From: Eledone cirrhosa
Taxonomy: Eukaryota
Reading direction: 5' to 3'
DNA: 64,000 nucleotides
Assembly: GCA_964016885.1 (NCBI GenBank)
Contig: OZ024743.1
Span: 163,556,001-163,620,000 of the forward strand
A program made the position numbers and the translations under genes. Positions 11,697 to 22,415 of the stretch are shown here, one piece after another. The notes under the pieces are model-generated. The model had not been told where the DNA came from. It worked only from the letters and a program-made list of their open reading frames with translations, and searched no databases. Position 1 is the first letter of the stretch, and every line of letters starts with the position of its first letter.

Positions 11697-11733
11697 TGTG
11701 TCTTTTACTGTCCTAAACAACCGCCTACCTTAA

Positions 11734-11941
11734 CCCTTTAACATTTACATTACTCTATATATACTTTTGTATTTTTGCGGTAAAGGCTTTATCTCACATA
11801 ATATCAAATTTATGAGATTTTGATATTATTTATTTTGAGAAGAATACCTTAACATCAGTGTGAGTGGCGAGTTACAGCCCGTTTGAACAGAGAGGGTTGA
11901 GAGAATTCTGGCTGGATACAGCTAGTTTAATTTCTAAAGGG
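11734..11941. mobile_element. piggyBac-type MITE with TTAA target duplication
   Basis: TTAA|CCCTTTAACATT ... TTTCTAAAGGG|TTAA; homologous to 20642-20862. Confidence 0.8.
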
Positions 11942-12689
11942 TTAAAAAAAATATACATTTGACTGTCTTAAAAACTATAATTCAACCTCCTAAAAACTGT
12001 TGTTCTCAACCTTTAAAGACTGCCCATAACAGACTAGTGAGGTAAATGCTACATGGTCACTTAACTTGCTTCAAATAGCCAAATTTCTTAAAATCAAACT
12101 ATCTAAATTAAAATTTTCTTGCCATATTTGTTCTGGCTCTTTGTGTTCTGATTTCAAATCCCACTGTGGCCTTTTGGGGTGATAGACATGATCTGTTGCT
12201 TGGCTCAACACTGCCACCTGGGCCATTGGTTGTCATTAACAGAGTCCATTCTGTTGCAAGCATTCAAACCAGGTCTTTTGAAAGACTACTCTAACGACTG
12301 CTCTACTTTTCAATGTGTTATCCTGCTGGACTTAACTTTCCCAGCAACTGGCTACTGCCCTAGCTTCTCAACCTACTAAATAAACCCACTTCAATCTACT
12401 TCCCTAGCAACATCATTATCATCCCCATTTTATGTCCGCCTTCTATGATGGCATGGGTTGGATGGGCTGTCATGGTTCAAGACTAGATAGGTCAGAGACT
12501 GCATCTTGCTCATACATTCCATATTTGGCATGGTTTCTAACAGTTAATTACCCTTCCTAAAATCAACCACCTGGCTGAGTTTTATGGTGGCACCCAGCCC
12601 AATCATATATTTCATCTACCAACTTTTTACAATTGTTGTTCATAAGAACACTCTATTTACTTGAAGTGATTTATATATTGAAATTTCAG

Positions 12690-12835
12690 AGAAAGCTTTT
12701 GCTTGTCAAGAAGTCGTAACAATAACTGAGAGTGTTCGCTGCTTGGAAGGTCACAGTAAAAGAATCACAGGTCTCTGTTGGAGCAACCACAAAGAAGCTC
12801 ATCTGGTGACAATATCTTATGACAAAACTGCAGTG
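12690..12835 (+). CDS. GEMIN5: GEMIN5-like exon C (EKAFACQEVVTITESVRCLEGHSKRITGLCWSNHKEAHLVTISYDKTAV)
   Basis: Acceptor atttcAG, donor GTG|gtaagt; 146 nt, phase 1 in (G+AG=Glu), phase 0 out. Resembles human [41 protein letters not shown]. Absent from the ORF track. Confidence 0.92.
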
Positions 12836-13774
12836 GTAAGTAGGCTGGGTAGAGTGAATTGTTTTTGGTAGTTGTTTAGCCCTATCTGCAGCCAGCTGAC
12901 AGCAGCGGTAGAGTGTCACACTAAATGCTCTGTATTATTCCAGTTATTTTGTTGTGTGTTCAGAACCTGTCGTGGTTAACTTTGCCTTTCATACTTCCAG
13001 AGTTGATCAATACCAGTCTAGGGTAATGGAGTGACAGTGTTCATAGTGTTAGATATGATGTCTTGTGGTATTTCTTCTGACTCTTTGTTTTCTGGATTAA
13101 AATCCTATTGTGGCCTACTTGGCTGATAGACTTAATCTGTTGCCCAGTTTAACATCACCACTTGGCCCTTGGGTGTTCCTTTAGCAGTGTCCAATCTGTT
13201 GTAAGAATTCAGGCCAGCTCTTCAGTTTAAGGATATTTTCCTAACTTCCCACTTGTCTTGAAAGCCCCCTGCTTCTCCACACTGCTCACCAAACTTTGAA
13301 ATACTACTTGATGGATATTTACTGGTACTTGTTTTGTTGTTAACACTTTTTCTGTTAGAGTAGTGGCATAGAAAAGGATCTCAGTGATTAGGAGTAAAGA
13401 CAGTTTTAGTGACCACCCCTTAATTAACAGGCCTGATGATAGGCCAGAGATTTTGAACCCTTCCATGTACACCTAAGAACTGCCCTTTACCCCACTAACT
13501 TTGCTTCTGTGTTAAGGGTTAACTTTGGTCCATCCACCTGATATGTGTCTGAACCAACAAGGGAGCCTCTATGTGGTCATTTCACCTGCTAGGCATAACA
13601 GCAAAATCTCCCACAAATCTTATGAAATAAAAAAGGATACATTAGACCTGCCTTCCCCCATGCATGGGTTGAAACACATCTAGTATGCACCTTCACCTCC
13701 CACGTCCTAACATCACACCCCTCACCCACATCCCTAGATCTGCCTCCCCAATTCCCACCAAAGTCCCCCGCCGA

Positions 13775-14045
13775 CACTAAAGTGGTCGTGTGGTGACATG
13801 ACAAAAAGCGCCCAGTCCATACTGTAAAATGGTTGTGTTGGTGACATGACAAAAAGCACCCAGTACACACTGTCAATGTGGTTGGCATTAGGAAGGGCAT
13901 CCAGCCACAGAAACCAAGCCAGAACAAGTTCTGTGTCAGTAAGACAGTCACCTGATCTGACTTGTCTCACAACAGGACACCTTGTCTAACCCATGCTAGT
14001 GTGGAAAAATGGATGTTAAACAGTAATCATGATTATGTTGATGAT
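13775..14045 (+). mobile_element. RTE-related non-autonomous element with a tandemly duplicated module
   Basis: GGTGACATGACAAAAAGC(G/A)CCCAGT..ACTGT twice, GGCATTAGGAAGGGCATCCAGC, then TAACCCATGCTAGTGTGGAAAAATGGATGTTAAAC. Confidence 0.75.
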
Positions 14046-14314
14046 TAGAAAATTTACTTCTGCATATACAAAAAGACATGATGGTTATAGCTGCAGTATC
14101 TTTCATTATAGGTCAACTTCATCAAGAAAACTAATTGTATCACTGCCACTTCTGTGACAACCCTATAGTGGTATGGTGTTGTAGGGCACCATATTGACAT
14201 GCAGTGTTACTTGGGCATTTTAAACCTAGCAAAACCCAATCCTCTCCAGATCAGAGTACAGCAGATTTCTTCCAAAGATAGATAGAAAGTGAGAGAGATA
14301 TAGAGGAAGAATCT

Positions 14315-14460
14315 ACCCAGTACTAGACTGGTACTTTTTTTTTATCAACCTCAAAAAGATGAAAGGCAAAGTTAACCTCGGCAGGATTTGAACTGAGAGC
14401 TGGAATGACTACCATAAAGCACTCTATCCAACAATCTAATGACTGTTAATTTGCCACCTC
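14315..14460 (-). mobile_element. tRNA-derived SINE (family 1), degenerate; other remnants at about 5085-5210, 12890-13020 and 15055-15190
   Basis: CTGGTACT..TTATCAACCTCAAAAAGATGAAAGGCAAAGTTAACCTCGGCAGGATTTGAACT is the reverse complement of the family 1 core. Confidence 0.75.
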
Positions 14461-15667
14461 TGACAACCCTATGAAAAGTAATTAAAAACCATTTAACCCT
14501 TTGAAATAGGTAATTTTGTTTCATAGATCCAGATTTGGTTGGCAAATCTCAACTTACTGTCTTATAAAAATAAAAGGTAGGACACATTTGCTAATGTGGT
14601 CCTATATATACTCCCTGAAGAAAACAAATGACTGGTTGGCTAGAGATGGAATGCCATTTCTCAATTTGCTGATTCGGGGATAAACAACAATAATAATGCA
14701 AATACACATATGCATATATATGTATATAAATATTTATATATGTACTTTAGGGAGTTGCTTTCCCTTTCTCTCTCTATCACAATCTATTCTGAAGTAATAC
14801 ACTCTATCTCACCTCCCTGAGGCATTCATTTCTCTCTGCCTCTCCCACCACCCACCACTGTCATAATCTTGATTACCCTCTATATAATTTCTCCAGTCTT
14901 TCTTCTAAATGTTATAATCCCACTCGAACTCCTTCCAACCAGTCCTCTGTAACAGTTCTAAATTTGCATAAATCACTGTATTAACCCTGCGTGGTTATTT
15001 ATATCCAACAGGAAAAAGGGTTTTCAAAAAGCAATGGACCATTTTTTGCTGACAGATGAGGAATTGGCAGAGTCTTTATTGCATAAAACACCTTGCCATA
15101 TTTTGTTCCAGCTATTTGTGCTCAGTGTTCAAATCCCGCCAGGGTCAGCTTTGCTTTTCAACGTTTCAGAGTTGATAAATACCAGTCAAAGGCAGTGGTT
15201 GAAGTTGTTTGAGCATTGGACAGGATGCTTTGGTGTATCTCATCCAGTTCTGTGTGTTATTAGTTCAAATCCTGCCTCTTATCAACAGAAAAAATTGACG
15301 TGATAAAACAGGGGATCCTGTAAGTAAAACACTCAGGAACTTCCTATAAGATGTAGCCTTGTAGGAGGCTAACTAGTCCTATACTGATCTGAGCCATAAC
15401 AACATCAACAGGAAAAGTTATTCCAAAAAGGACTATCGGCTCTGACCTTTCTCTTCTTACTATTAATCTTTGACCTTCCATCATAGTTTTATGTAAGAAC
15501 TTTTATGTTTTGATCCCAAAACCAACTTAATGAAAAATTTATTATTAAATCCCTCCAAATTCTTATTTTCAAACTGAATTGAAAATCATAGACAGTGTCT
15601 TTCATTAGAAATATGGTTAACAGCAAAATAAATAAAACAACCCAAACTATGTATTTCTCATTTTCAG

Positions 15668-15836
15668 GTGTGGGATGTCAAGAAGGGTGAATCGTTAGCC
15701 TATTATCGAGGTCACTCAGGTCGTTTACTGTGTGTTAGCTGGAGTCTTACTGATGCCGACCTTATATATACTGGCTCCGATGATTGTTTCCTTCATGGTT
15801 GGAGGATCTCAGAACACCAATGTGAACCAAAGCTTA
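15668..15836 (+). CDS. GEMIN5: GEMIN5-like exon D (VWDVKKGESLAYYRGHSGRLLCVSWSLTDADLIYTGSDDCFLHGWRISEHQCEPKL)
   Basis: Acceptor ttttcAG, donor A|gtaagt; 169 nt, phase 0 in. Resembles human [45 protein letters not shown]. Absent from the ORF track. Confidence 0.93.
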
Positions 15837-16064
15837 GTAAGTGAAAGATTTTTACATTTAAGTATTTCTGTGTGTTTAATACGATTTCAGTAATTGATCC
15901 ATGTTTCTGATGTTAAAAAAAAGTGGTAATAAATTAGATTCTTATGTATAAAACGACCCCCAGGGTATAGCCATGTGTACATTTTTTTGTAAACTTGTAC
16001 CACCACTTTATCCATCAACATCTTGAACACATGTTTTTCAATACAAAATGATAAAAAGGTTAAG

Positions 16065-16320
16065 CCTTTGTAGACAATTCTGTAGATATTCTACCAAGTG
16101 CCCCGACGGAATTACCCTCTTCCCTTTTGAAGGGGGTAAATTCCTCATCTGGGACATGACATGCTGTGACAAGTTTTCCACCTCCAACTTAGTTGCCTTG
16201 ACCACAAACCCTGATATTGTGGCTCTCAATGCAGAAAACAGGAAGACAAACAAATACCGGAGCTTGTCCAGCTGCCTCCTCTTTGTACCAGTCACCGTCG
16301 AAACCTCAGACAGCTGACGT
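16065..16320 (+). mobile_element. Remnant restriction-like endonuclease domain of a CRE-type non-LTR retrotransposon
   Basis: KCPDGITLFPFEGGKFLIWDMTCCDKFSTSNL..ALNAENRKTNKYRSL..LFVPVTVET fits the RPDG..G..L.WD.T..AE..K..KY..F.P..VET pattern. Confidence 0.7.
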
Positions 16321-16744
16321 CCTCCATAAAATCGGATCGATAACAGCCCATCTGAGGAAGTAGCCTTGCAAGGTGGGGTGGCTGTTGCAGTGGGTGCCGT
16401 TAGTCATTGTCTGCAGAAATGCCTTTGCCATTTTGTTCACAAGTTGCAACCAAAACACCGCTCTGACCTAAGTGTAGAGTCTGCCACCCTCTCCCCTTCC
16501 CACATTCTTTCTTCCTTTGTCTACTAGTCCTTACTCTTCTCTTCCTTTTCTTCTAGCAAATTATCTCTTGATTACGATTTTCTCTATGCTCAAAGTAAAA
16601 TTAAATGGAAATATAAGACGTTACATCCAAGGGAGATAACTATTGAAATTATGTAACATAATTACGTCTCTTAATTTTGTAGCCAGACTCTGCTTTATTG
16701 TAATAGGAGTGTATATAAAAGCATACTCTGAGGTCCCAAATAAT

Positions 16745-16924
16745 TGTTTCTACTTTTGGCACAAGGCCAGCAATTATTCCAGTGTATTACTGGTACTTTA
16801 TTTAATCGACCCCGTAAGGATGAAAGGCAAAGTTAACCTCGGCGGGATTTGAACTTAGAATGGCAAGGGCCGAAACTCTATGCTTGGCGTCTGACCCTCT
16901 ACGGATACTGCCAATCCACTGCCC
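16745..16924 (-). mobile_element. tRNA-derived SINE (family 1) with an 11-bp TSD, inserted in a MITE remnant
   Basis: Close reverse complement of 7349-7540; TCCCAAATAAT at 16734-16744 and 16925-16935. Confidence 0.85.
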
Positions 16925-17031
16925 TCCCAAATAATGAGGGGCGGTAATATGTGGTGTGGTTTGGAAAATCGATAATTTTTCCCTTTGTTTTGTTTTTTTA
17001 AAACTCAGAACAGTGTTAGTTATATATAAGG

Positions 17032-17357
17032 TACTCTCGGGCTCCAAATAATAGGTGGGGGTAAAATCGTTAATTTAAAAAAAAAACAGAATTAGTTGTT
17101 TAGTTTACATATTGAGACCACCAACCCATCCTATTTGTTTTGTAACATATGAAATTTCTTGTAATGTTCTTTTTTTGTCAAGTATAATGTTTTTTAATGT
17201 CCAGAGAAAATTATCACTGGAATGCTACCACTTAAAATACAATTTTGCTGGAGATAAATTAGCAAAATTAATAAGCGGGATGTTGGAATAAGATCGAGTG
17301 GAAGTGGGGGAATCTGAAAAATAAATGGGAAGTGCGATTATTCAAGATCCGAGAGAA
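17032..17357. mobile_element. MITE with short terminal inverted repeats (probably Tc1/mariner-like, TA flanks)
   Basis: TACTCTCGGGCTCCAAATAAT ... ATTATTCAAGATCCGAGAGAA; an inverted second copy lies at 21698-22014. Confidence 0.7.
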
Positions 17358-17674
17358 CGTTATATTTAAACAAGAATTTTTTAAGCTGTCTTAGTAGCCA
17401 ATGAGAATGTCAGACATGCATTTCTGGAATTTTATCCATCCAACTGTCACATTTACTCACTCAGTACTGAAACAAAAAAAAAACTATAGCTTATAATTTT
17501 TTTTTTTTTTTTTTTGCATATGAAACATCAGCTGCGATTGCTGATTTGCATATAGTGCAGGCTTCACCAGCCAAGATTAATTTGCAGTAGCACTAACATA
17601 GCTTAATTCATAACAGGGGTGTATATTAAGGCATGTACAGTATGTTTATGTATAATAAGTCGTCTTCACTATAT

Positions 17675-19460
17675 TCATCATCATCATCATTTAACATACA
17701 TTCTCTGCCAGCAAGAATTGGAATGATCATCATAGACCAAGCCAGTAATCAATGGGAGCCACTAATCTTGTACTTTACAGTGTGCGTCATTTATTTTATT
17801 GAGGCACCAGCATTAGGAAGGTCATCATGTCTTTGGCACAATTAAAGAGTCCACTTTACCCTTTGTATGGGAAGTTTTCTACAGCTAAATGTTTTTCTTA
17901 GCACTAAGCATTTTACAGAGTAGACTAGGTACGATTTATGGTGTCACCAACACTAAAGAGGTTGTGCCCTTAACTGATGAGTCACTCAACCATTTTATCA
18001 GCATGGTTTCTACAACTGGAGGTCTTTCCTATCACCAACTACCTAACAGGGTGCACTAGGTGTATTTTTCTTGGCACCAGCCCTAGAGAGGTTGTCGTGT
18101 CATAAGTGAGGGATTTCCTCAACTGTTTTTGGCATGGTTTCTACAGCTGGAAGCCCTTTGTAACACTTAGTTTACAGATTGTACTGGGTGCATTTTACTA
18201 TGACACCAACATTAGGAAGGTTGTCGGCTTTTGATTTGACTAATGAGTTTTCTTTAGACTGTAGGGGCATAAGATATAGAGAGGACAGCATAATATCAAG
18301 AGGGAATGTATAAAGTCATAGATATGTAACAGGTGTAGTGGGGTTCAACGGGATGATGTGGAGTAGAGAAGGGAGGGGGTGGGGAATCACAACTTTACTC
18401 TCACTGAGATTTCTCTGCACCTCTTTATATAACCGTCATTCTCAATAAGCATTACCCGTCTATATCACATTTGATTCATCCAATACAGAGTCCTGCTCTC
18501 AGCTCGTTTATGCCACACGTCCACATTTACTTTCAGAATCTTAGTGCTTGTACTAGTGTATGGGTATTTTGTATTATAGTATATCTCCAGTCAGCTTGGG
18601 CCTGTCTCAACTCCTTCATGAGGTTCAATTTCTTGAGATCATTCTTCACAACTTCGTTCCATGTCTAGGCCTTCCTCTTCCACAGATTCCAACCACTTCA
18701 AGTGCTCAGGACTTTTTATACAACTCTTGTTCTCTTTACACTTCCAGCACAATCATCTCTCTTGCACATTACATTCAATCTTTATGTTCAACTTTTTTTC
18801 AGCTCACTTGTACTCTATAGTTCATGTGTAGTAAAGCATGCATGCTTTACTACATTACACATGTAGTAAAGCATGCATGCTTTATTTCTTTATAGTCACT
18901 GCATATCTTCTGCACGCAGAGCCCATGTCCCACTCCTATGCATCATAGCAATTCAAACTCAAGCCCTTCACTCTGAGAGAAGCCTTTTGTTGCAAGTAGA
19001 GGTAACAGCTCCTTGAACTTATTCCACTCTGTCCTCACTCTGGCTGCAACACTTCAGTACATCCACCTCCACTGCTACTCAGGTTCTCTTCTAGTCAGTC
19101 TTCTCATCATTTGGGGAAGTTGATTTTCCGAGTACTTTTATTGCTGACTACTGCTTACCTTTCATGTATGAAATCTACTTTTCCTATCAGCCTACCTGTA
19201 ATCCCACTACGTCTCTTGTGTGTCCACTGTTCACAGTAGGTACACCGTATGGAGTTTCTATCTATTCCCTTTTTGCCTATTGAGTATGGCCACTCTTTCC
19301 TAATTATTAAAACTTCAGTCTTTACTAAGTTTACCGTGAGGCCCTTTGATTCCAGATTTTGTTTGCATGCCTGGATCTTCTGCAGTTACTATGAGGGATA
19401 GATCATCAGCATATAGGAGCTCCCATGGATATCCAGTCTTGAATTCCTCTATTACAGCCT
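17675..19460 (-). mobile_element. Degenerate RTE 3' fragment with several tandem downstream modules and (GAT)n tail
   Basis: Minus strand has TGYPWELLYADD-like RT at about 19405-19440, a PHD region at about 19150-19295 and GRGRPRHGTKL (frameshifted thumb) at about 18650-18690. Repeated GGTTTCTACAGCTGG modules at 17860-18220. Confidence 0.7.
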
Positions 19461-19465
19461 ACAAA

Positions 19466-19620
19466 GAGTGTGGGCTGGGTGCTTTTCGTCCTGTCGCCAT
19501 TACGACCACTTTACAGTGTGGGCTGGGTGCTTTTCGTCATGTCGCCATCACGACCATTTTACAGTGTGGGATGGGTGCTTTTCGTCATGTCACCATCACG
19601 ACCACTTTACAGTGTGGGCT
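19466..19620. repeat. 48-bp tandem repeat (about 3.3 copies) of the RTE-associated AAAAGCACCCAG module
   Basis: GTGTGGGCTGGGTGCTTTTCGTCATGTCGCCATCACGACCACTTTACA repeated. Confidence 0.85.
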
Positions 19621-20111
19621 AGGTCTTCGGGTGGTTGGTGGGGGAGGTAGATCTAGGCGCATGTGGGGAGGGGGTGTTCAGGCATGGGTGGAGTGTTATG
19701 ACATGGGAGGTGCAAGATGGGGATGGACGTGGATGGAGGGTGTGGAGGTGAAGGGAAGGGAGTTGGGTAGGTGATGCATACAAGATGTATGCTTCAATCT
19801 ATGCGCTTGGAAAGGCAGGTCTTCTTTATTACTGCATAATGCCATTATCTTGATCCTGTGCCATCGCCTTTGAGAGGTGCAATTGTGCAAGGTCAGCTTT
19901 TATCACCTCATCCCAAGTCTTCCTATGTCTTCCTACACCATAGCTTCCATCAACTTTGAGGCCCCCAGCATCTTTTTATACAGCTGTCATCTTTCATTAG
20001 CATCACATTACAATACCAACGCATTCTCCTCTCCTGCACACTGCATCTGACTCATCTTATACCCAGTTCTCTCTCAGTTCATTTATGCTTTGCCATTCAT
20101 GTATATTACTA

Positions 20112-20470
20112 CTAGCTGAAGTACCCAGCTTCACATGGGTAAACATAATAAGAGAAGACAGGTAGAAGTGAAAACGACTGTATTTGGATGCGTTGTTTGG
20201 TTTACTATGGTGTGTGTGTGATAAAATAAAAACAGTAAAAAATCTTCCAGATACACCAGATTCTTTGTATTACCGTTTGTGCATAGTATATGAAGATTTC
20301 CAGGTGTTCCCACTTCTGAACAACCTACATTTAACTCCCCATGGGTAAAAAGCAATTCTCTTGTATTCAATTCTACAACTTGGAAACTCTGAGCCTGAGC
20401 TTTATTTATGGTCATAGCAAAACTGGCTCTAACAGGGATCTGAAATCTTGAGAATTTGAATGCCAGTTCA
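20112..20470 (-). mobile_element. Helitron 3' fragment (PIF1-like helicase C-terminus and canonical 3' end)
   Basis: FKFSRFQIPVRASFAMTINKAQAQSF..LFTHGELNVGCSEV..TKNLVY. Minus strand ends CCCATGTGAAGCTGGGTACTTCAGCTAG|T (subterminal hairpin remnant, CTAG, then T). Confidence 0.85.
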
Positions 20471-20641
20471 GTATAGCCTACTTGAGATCCTGCTACATCT
20501 CCTGTGTAGCATTTGGGGCATAGAATGGAGTTTCTACCTACTTCTTTCCTGCACACTGAGCAAGGCCATTTCCCAGAGGGAATCTGGGCCCTGTTATCCT
20601 TTCTACATACGAGGACTTTGGTCTTTGCCAGGTTGACTTAA

Positions 20642-20862
20642 CCCTTTAGCATTTACACTACTCCATATATACTATTATATTTTCATGGTAAAAGCTTTAC
20701 CTCACATGATTATTTCACATGATATCAAACCCATGAGATTTTGATATTATTTATTTTGAGAACAATACCTTAACATCAGTATGAACAGACAGTTACAGCT
20801 GGTTTGAACAGAAATAGGTGAGAGAATTCTGGCCGCATACGGCCGGTTTAAATGCTAAAGGG
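20642..20862. mobile_element. piggyBac-type MITE, intact TIRs, TTAA TSD
   Basis: TTAA|CCCTTTAGCATTTA ... TAAATGCTAAAGGG|TTAA; the flanks rejoin as RTE sequence. Confidence 0.9.
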
Positions 20863-21299
20863 TTAAGACCTTTAGATTCTAGGCTTTACTTCCAGGTTTG
20901 GAATTTCTTCTCTAGTTCTGCCATAGATTCAGCTATAAGGGTTAGATCATTGGAATACAGAAGCTCCCATGGGCAGCTAGTCATAAACTGTTATAGCCTG
21001 CAAGATGATAATAAATAGGAGAGGGCTCAGAATGGAGCCTTGATGTACTCCTGCCTGCATGCTAAATTCTTCACTATAGCCGTTAATTCTAACCTTGCTG
21101 ACTGTTCCTCTACCCTCATAAGTCACTCATCTACTAGTTTTCTAAGAGCCCACCAGATAATGGAAAGGGGGACTCTATCAAAAGCTTTCTCAAGGTCCAC
21201 AAATGCCAAGTTACTTTTAGCTTTTCTTTTGCATAGTGTCATAAACTGATAACTTTGCAAAGAAATTGGGTAAGTTTGAAAATTTGAAAATTATTTCTC

Positions 21300-21483
21300 T
21301 TTAATGTGAAAATCTGCCACAATTCATATATTCCCATAAAATAGTTGAATATGTTGATTAAATTACCATTGGAAGCAGAAAAGTGGGGACAAAGATGTTT
21401 GCAGGAATCAAATCACATGACTGTGAACTTATTCAACTATTTTATAGTTAATGTCTGAATTGTGGCAGAGTTTCACATTAAAA
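21300..21483. repeat. Foldback element with about 52-bp imperfect inverted arms
   Basis: TTTAATGTGAAAATCTGCCACAATTCA..ATAAAATAGTTGAATA versus TATTCAACTATTTTAT..TGAATTGTGGCAGAGTTTCACATTAAA. Confidence 0.8.
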
Positions 21484-21697
21484 GCAAATAAATCTGAAAA
21501 TTACATATCATTATATATTTAGTCTACACTTCCTTTAAGAAATCATCTTTATTATACTGGAAGGAGTTGGATGAGTCTCAGTATTTTGTCACTTGTCACC
21601 ATTCTTTCATCATCTGGAACAGAGCAAAAGTTTCTGTGGTTGTGTATGTTTTTAGTTTTAACAAGAACAGCAACATAAGGCCAGAAATTTTAGGATA

Positions 21698-22014
21698 TAC
21701 TCTCGGGTCTCAAATAATCGTCATTTTTCAGATCCCCCCCGCTTATTAAATTTTGCTTATCTATCTCCGCCAAAATCTGATTTTAAGTCGTAGCATTCCT
21801 GCGACAATGAATATTCTTTAGACATTAAAAAATATTATACATGACAAAAAAGAACATTTCAAGAAATCCCATATGTTATAAAATAAATAGGATGGATTGG
21901 GGTCTCAATATGTAAACTAAACAACAAATTCTGGGTTTTAAAAGAAATCAACAGAGACAACCTAGAAAAATTACCGATTTTCCACCCTCCCCCTATTATT
22001 CAGGACCCAAGTGT
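21698..22014. mobile_element. MITE, inverted copy of 17032-17357
   Basis: TACTCTCGGGTCTCAAATAAT ... ATTATTCAGGACCCAAGTGTA; internal GGTCTCAATATGTAAACTAAACAAC complements 17095-17120. Confidence 0.72.
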
Positions 22015-22144
22015 AATCGTCCAGTACTGTGATTTATTTAATAAATCTCAACCTAATGGGATAAAAAGAGAAATTGGCTTTGGTGGGAATAGAGAGATAT
22101 ATACTTAAATACTAAAAAGCATTTGGTCAATGGATTAATAATAA

Positions 22145-22415
22145 TAAAAATAATTGTTTCTACTTTTGGCACAAGGCCAGAAATTTGCAGGGAAGAGGGA
22201 AAGTCAGTTAAATTTACCCCTTTGCATTACTGGTATTATATTTTATCGACCTTGTAAGGATAAATGGCAAAGCTAAATTAGGTGTGATTTGAACTCAAAA
22301 TGTAAAGGCCCATAACTGTATACCATAAAGCATGTTGCCTGACGCTCTACCGATACTGCCAGTGCAATAATAATGGTTTCTAATTTAGGCACAAGGCCAA
22401 CAATTTTGGGAGGAA
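22145..22415 (-). mobile_element. tRNA-derived SINE (family 1) plus a second tail fragment
   Basis: TAATTGTTTCTACTTTTGGCACAAGGCCAG..TTTTATCGACCTTGTAAGGATAAATGGCAAAG..ATTTGAACTC. Confidence 0.75.

Larger units (their letters stand above)
19820..21225 (-). mobile_element. RTE 3' fragment interrupted by a Helitron end and a MITE
   Basis: Thumb region at 19850-20110, PHD start (GKWPCSVCRKEVGRNSILCPKC) at 20505-20575, RT (LAFVDLEKAFDRVP..IWWALRKL) at about 21135-21210. Confidence 0.8.

Noticed and set aside
12180-13330. Two related segments (about 12180-12400 and 13125-13330) flanking exon C
   Set aside because: Probably old LINE 3' remnants in the same orientation; too decayed to classify by eye.
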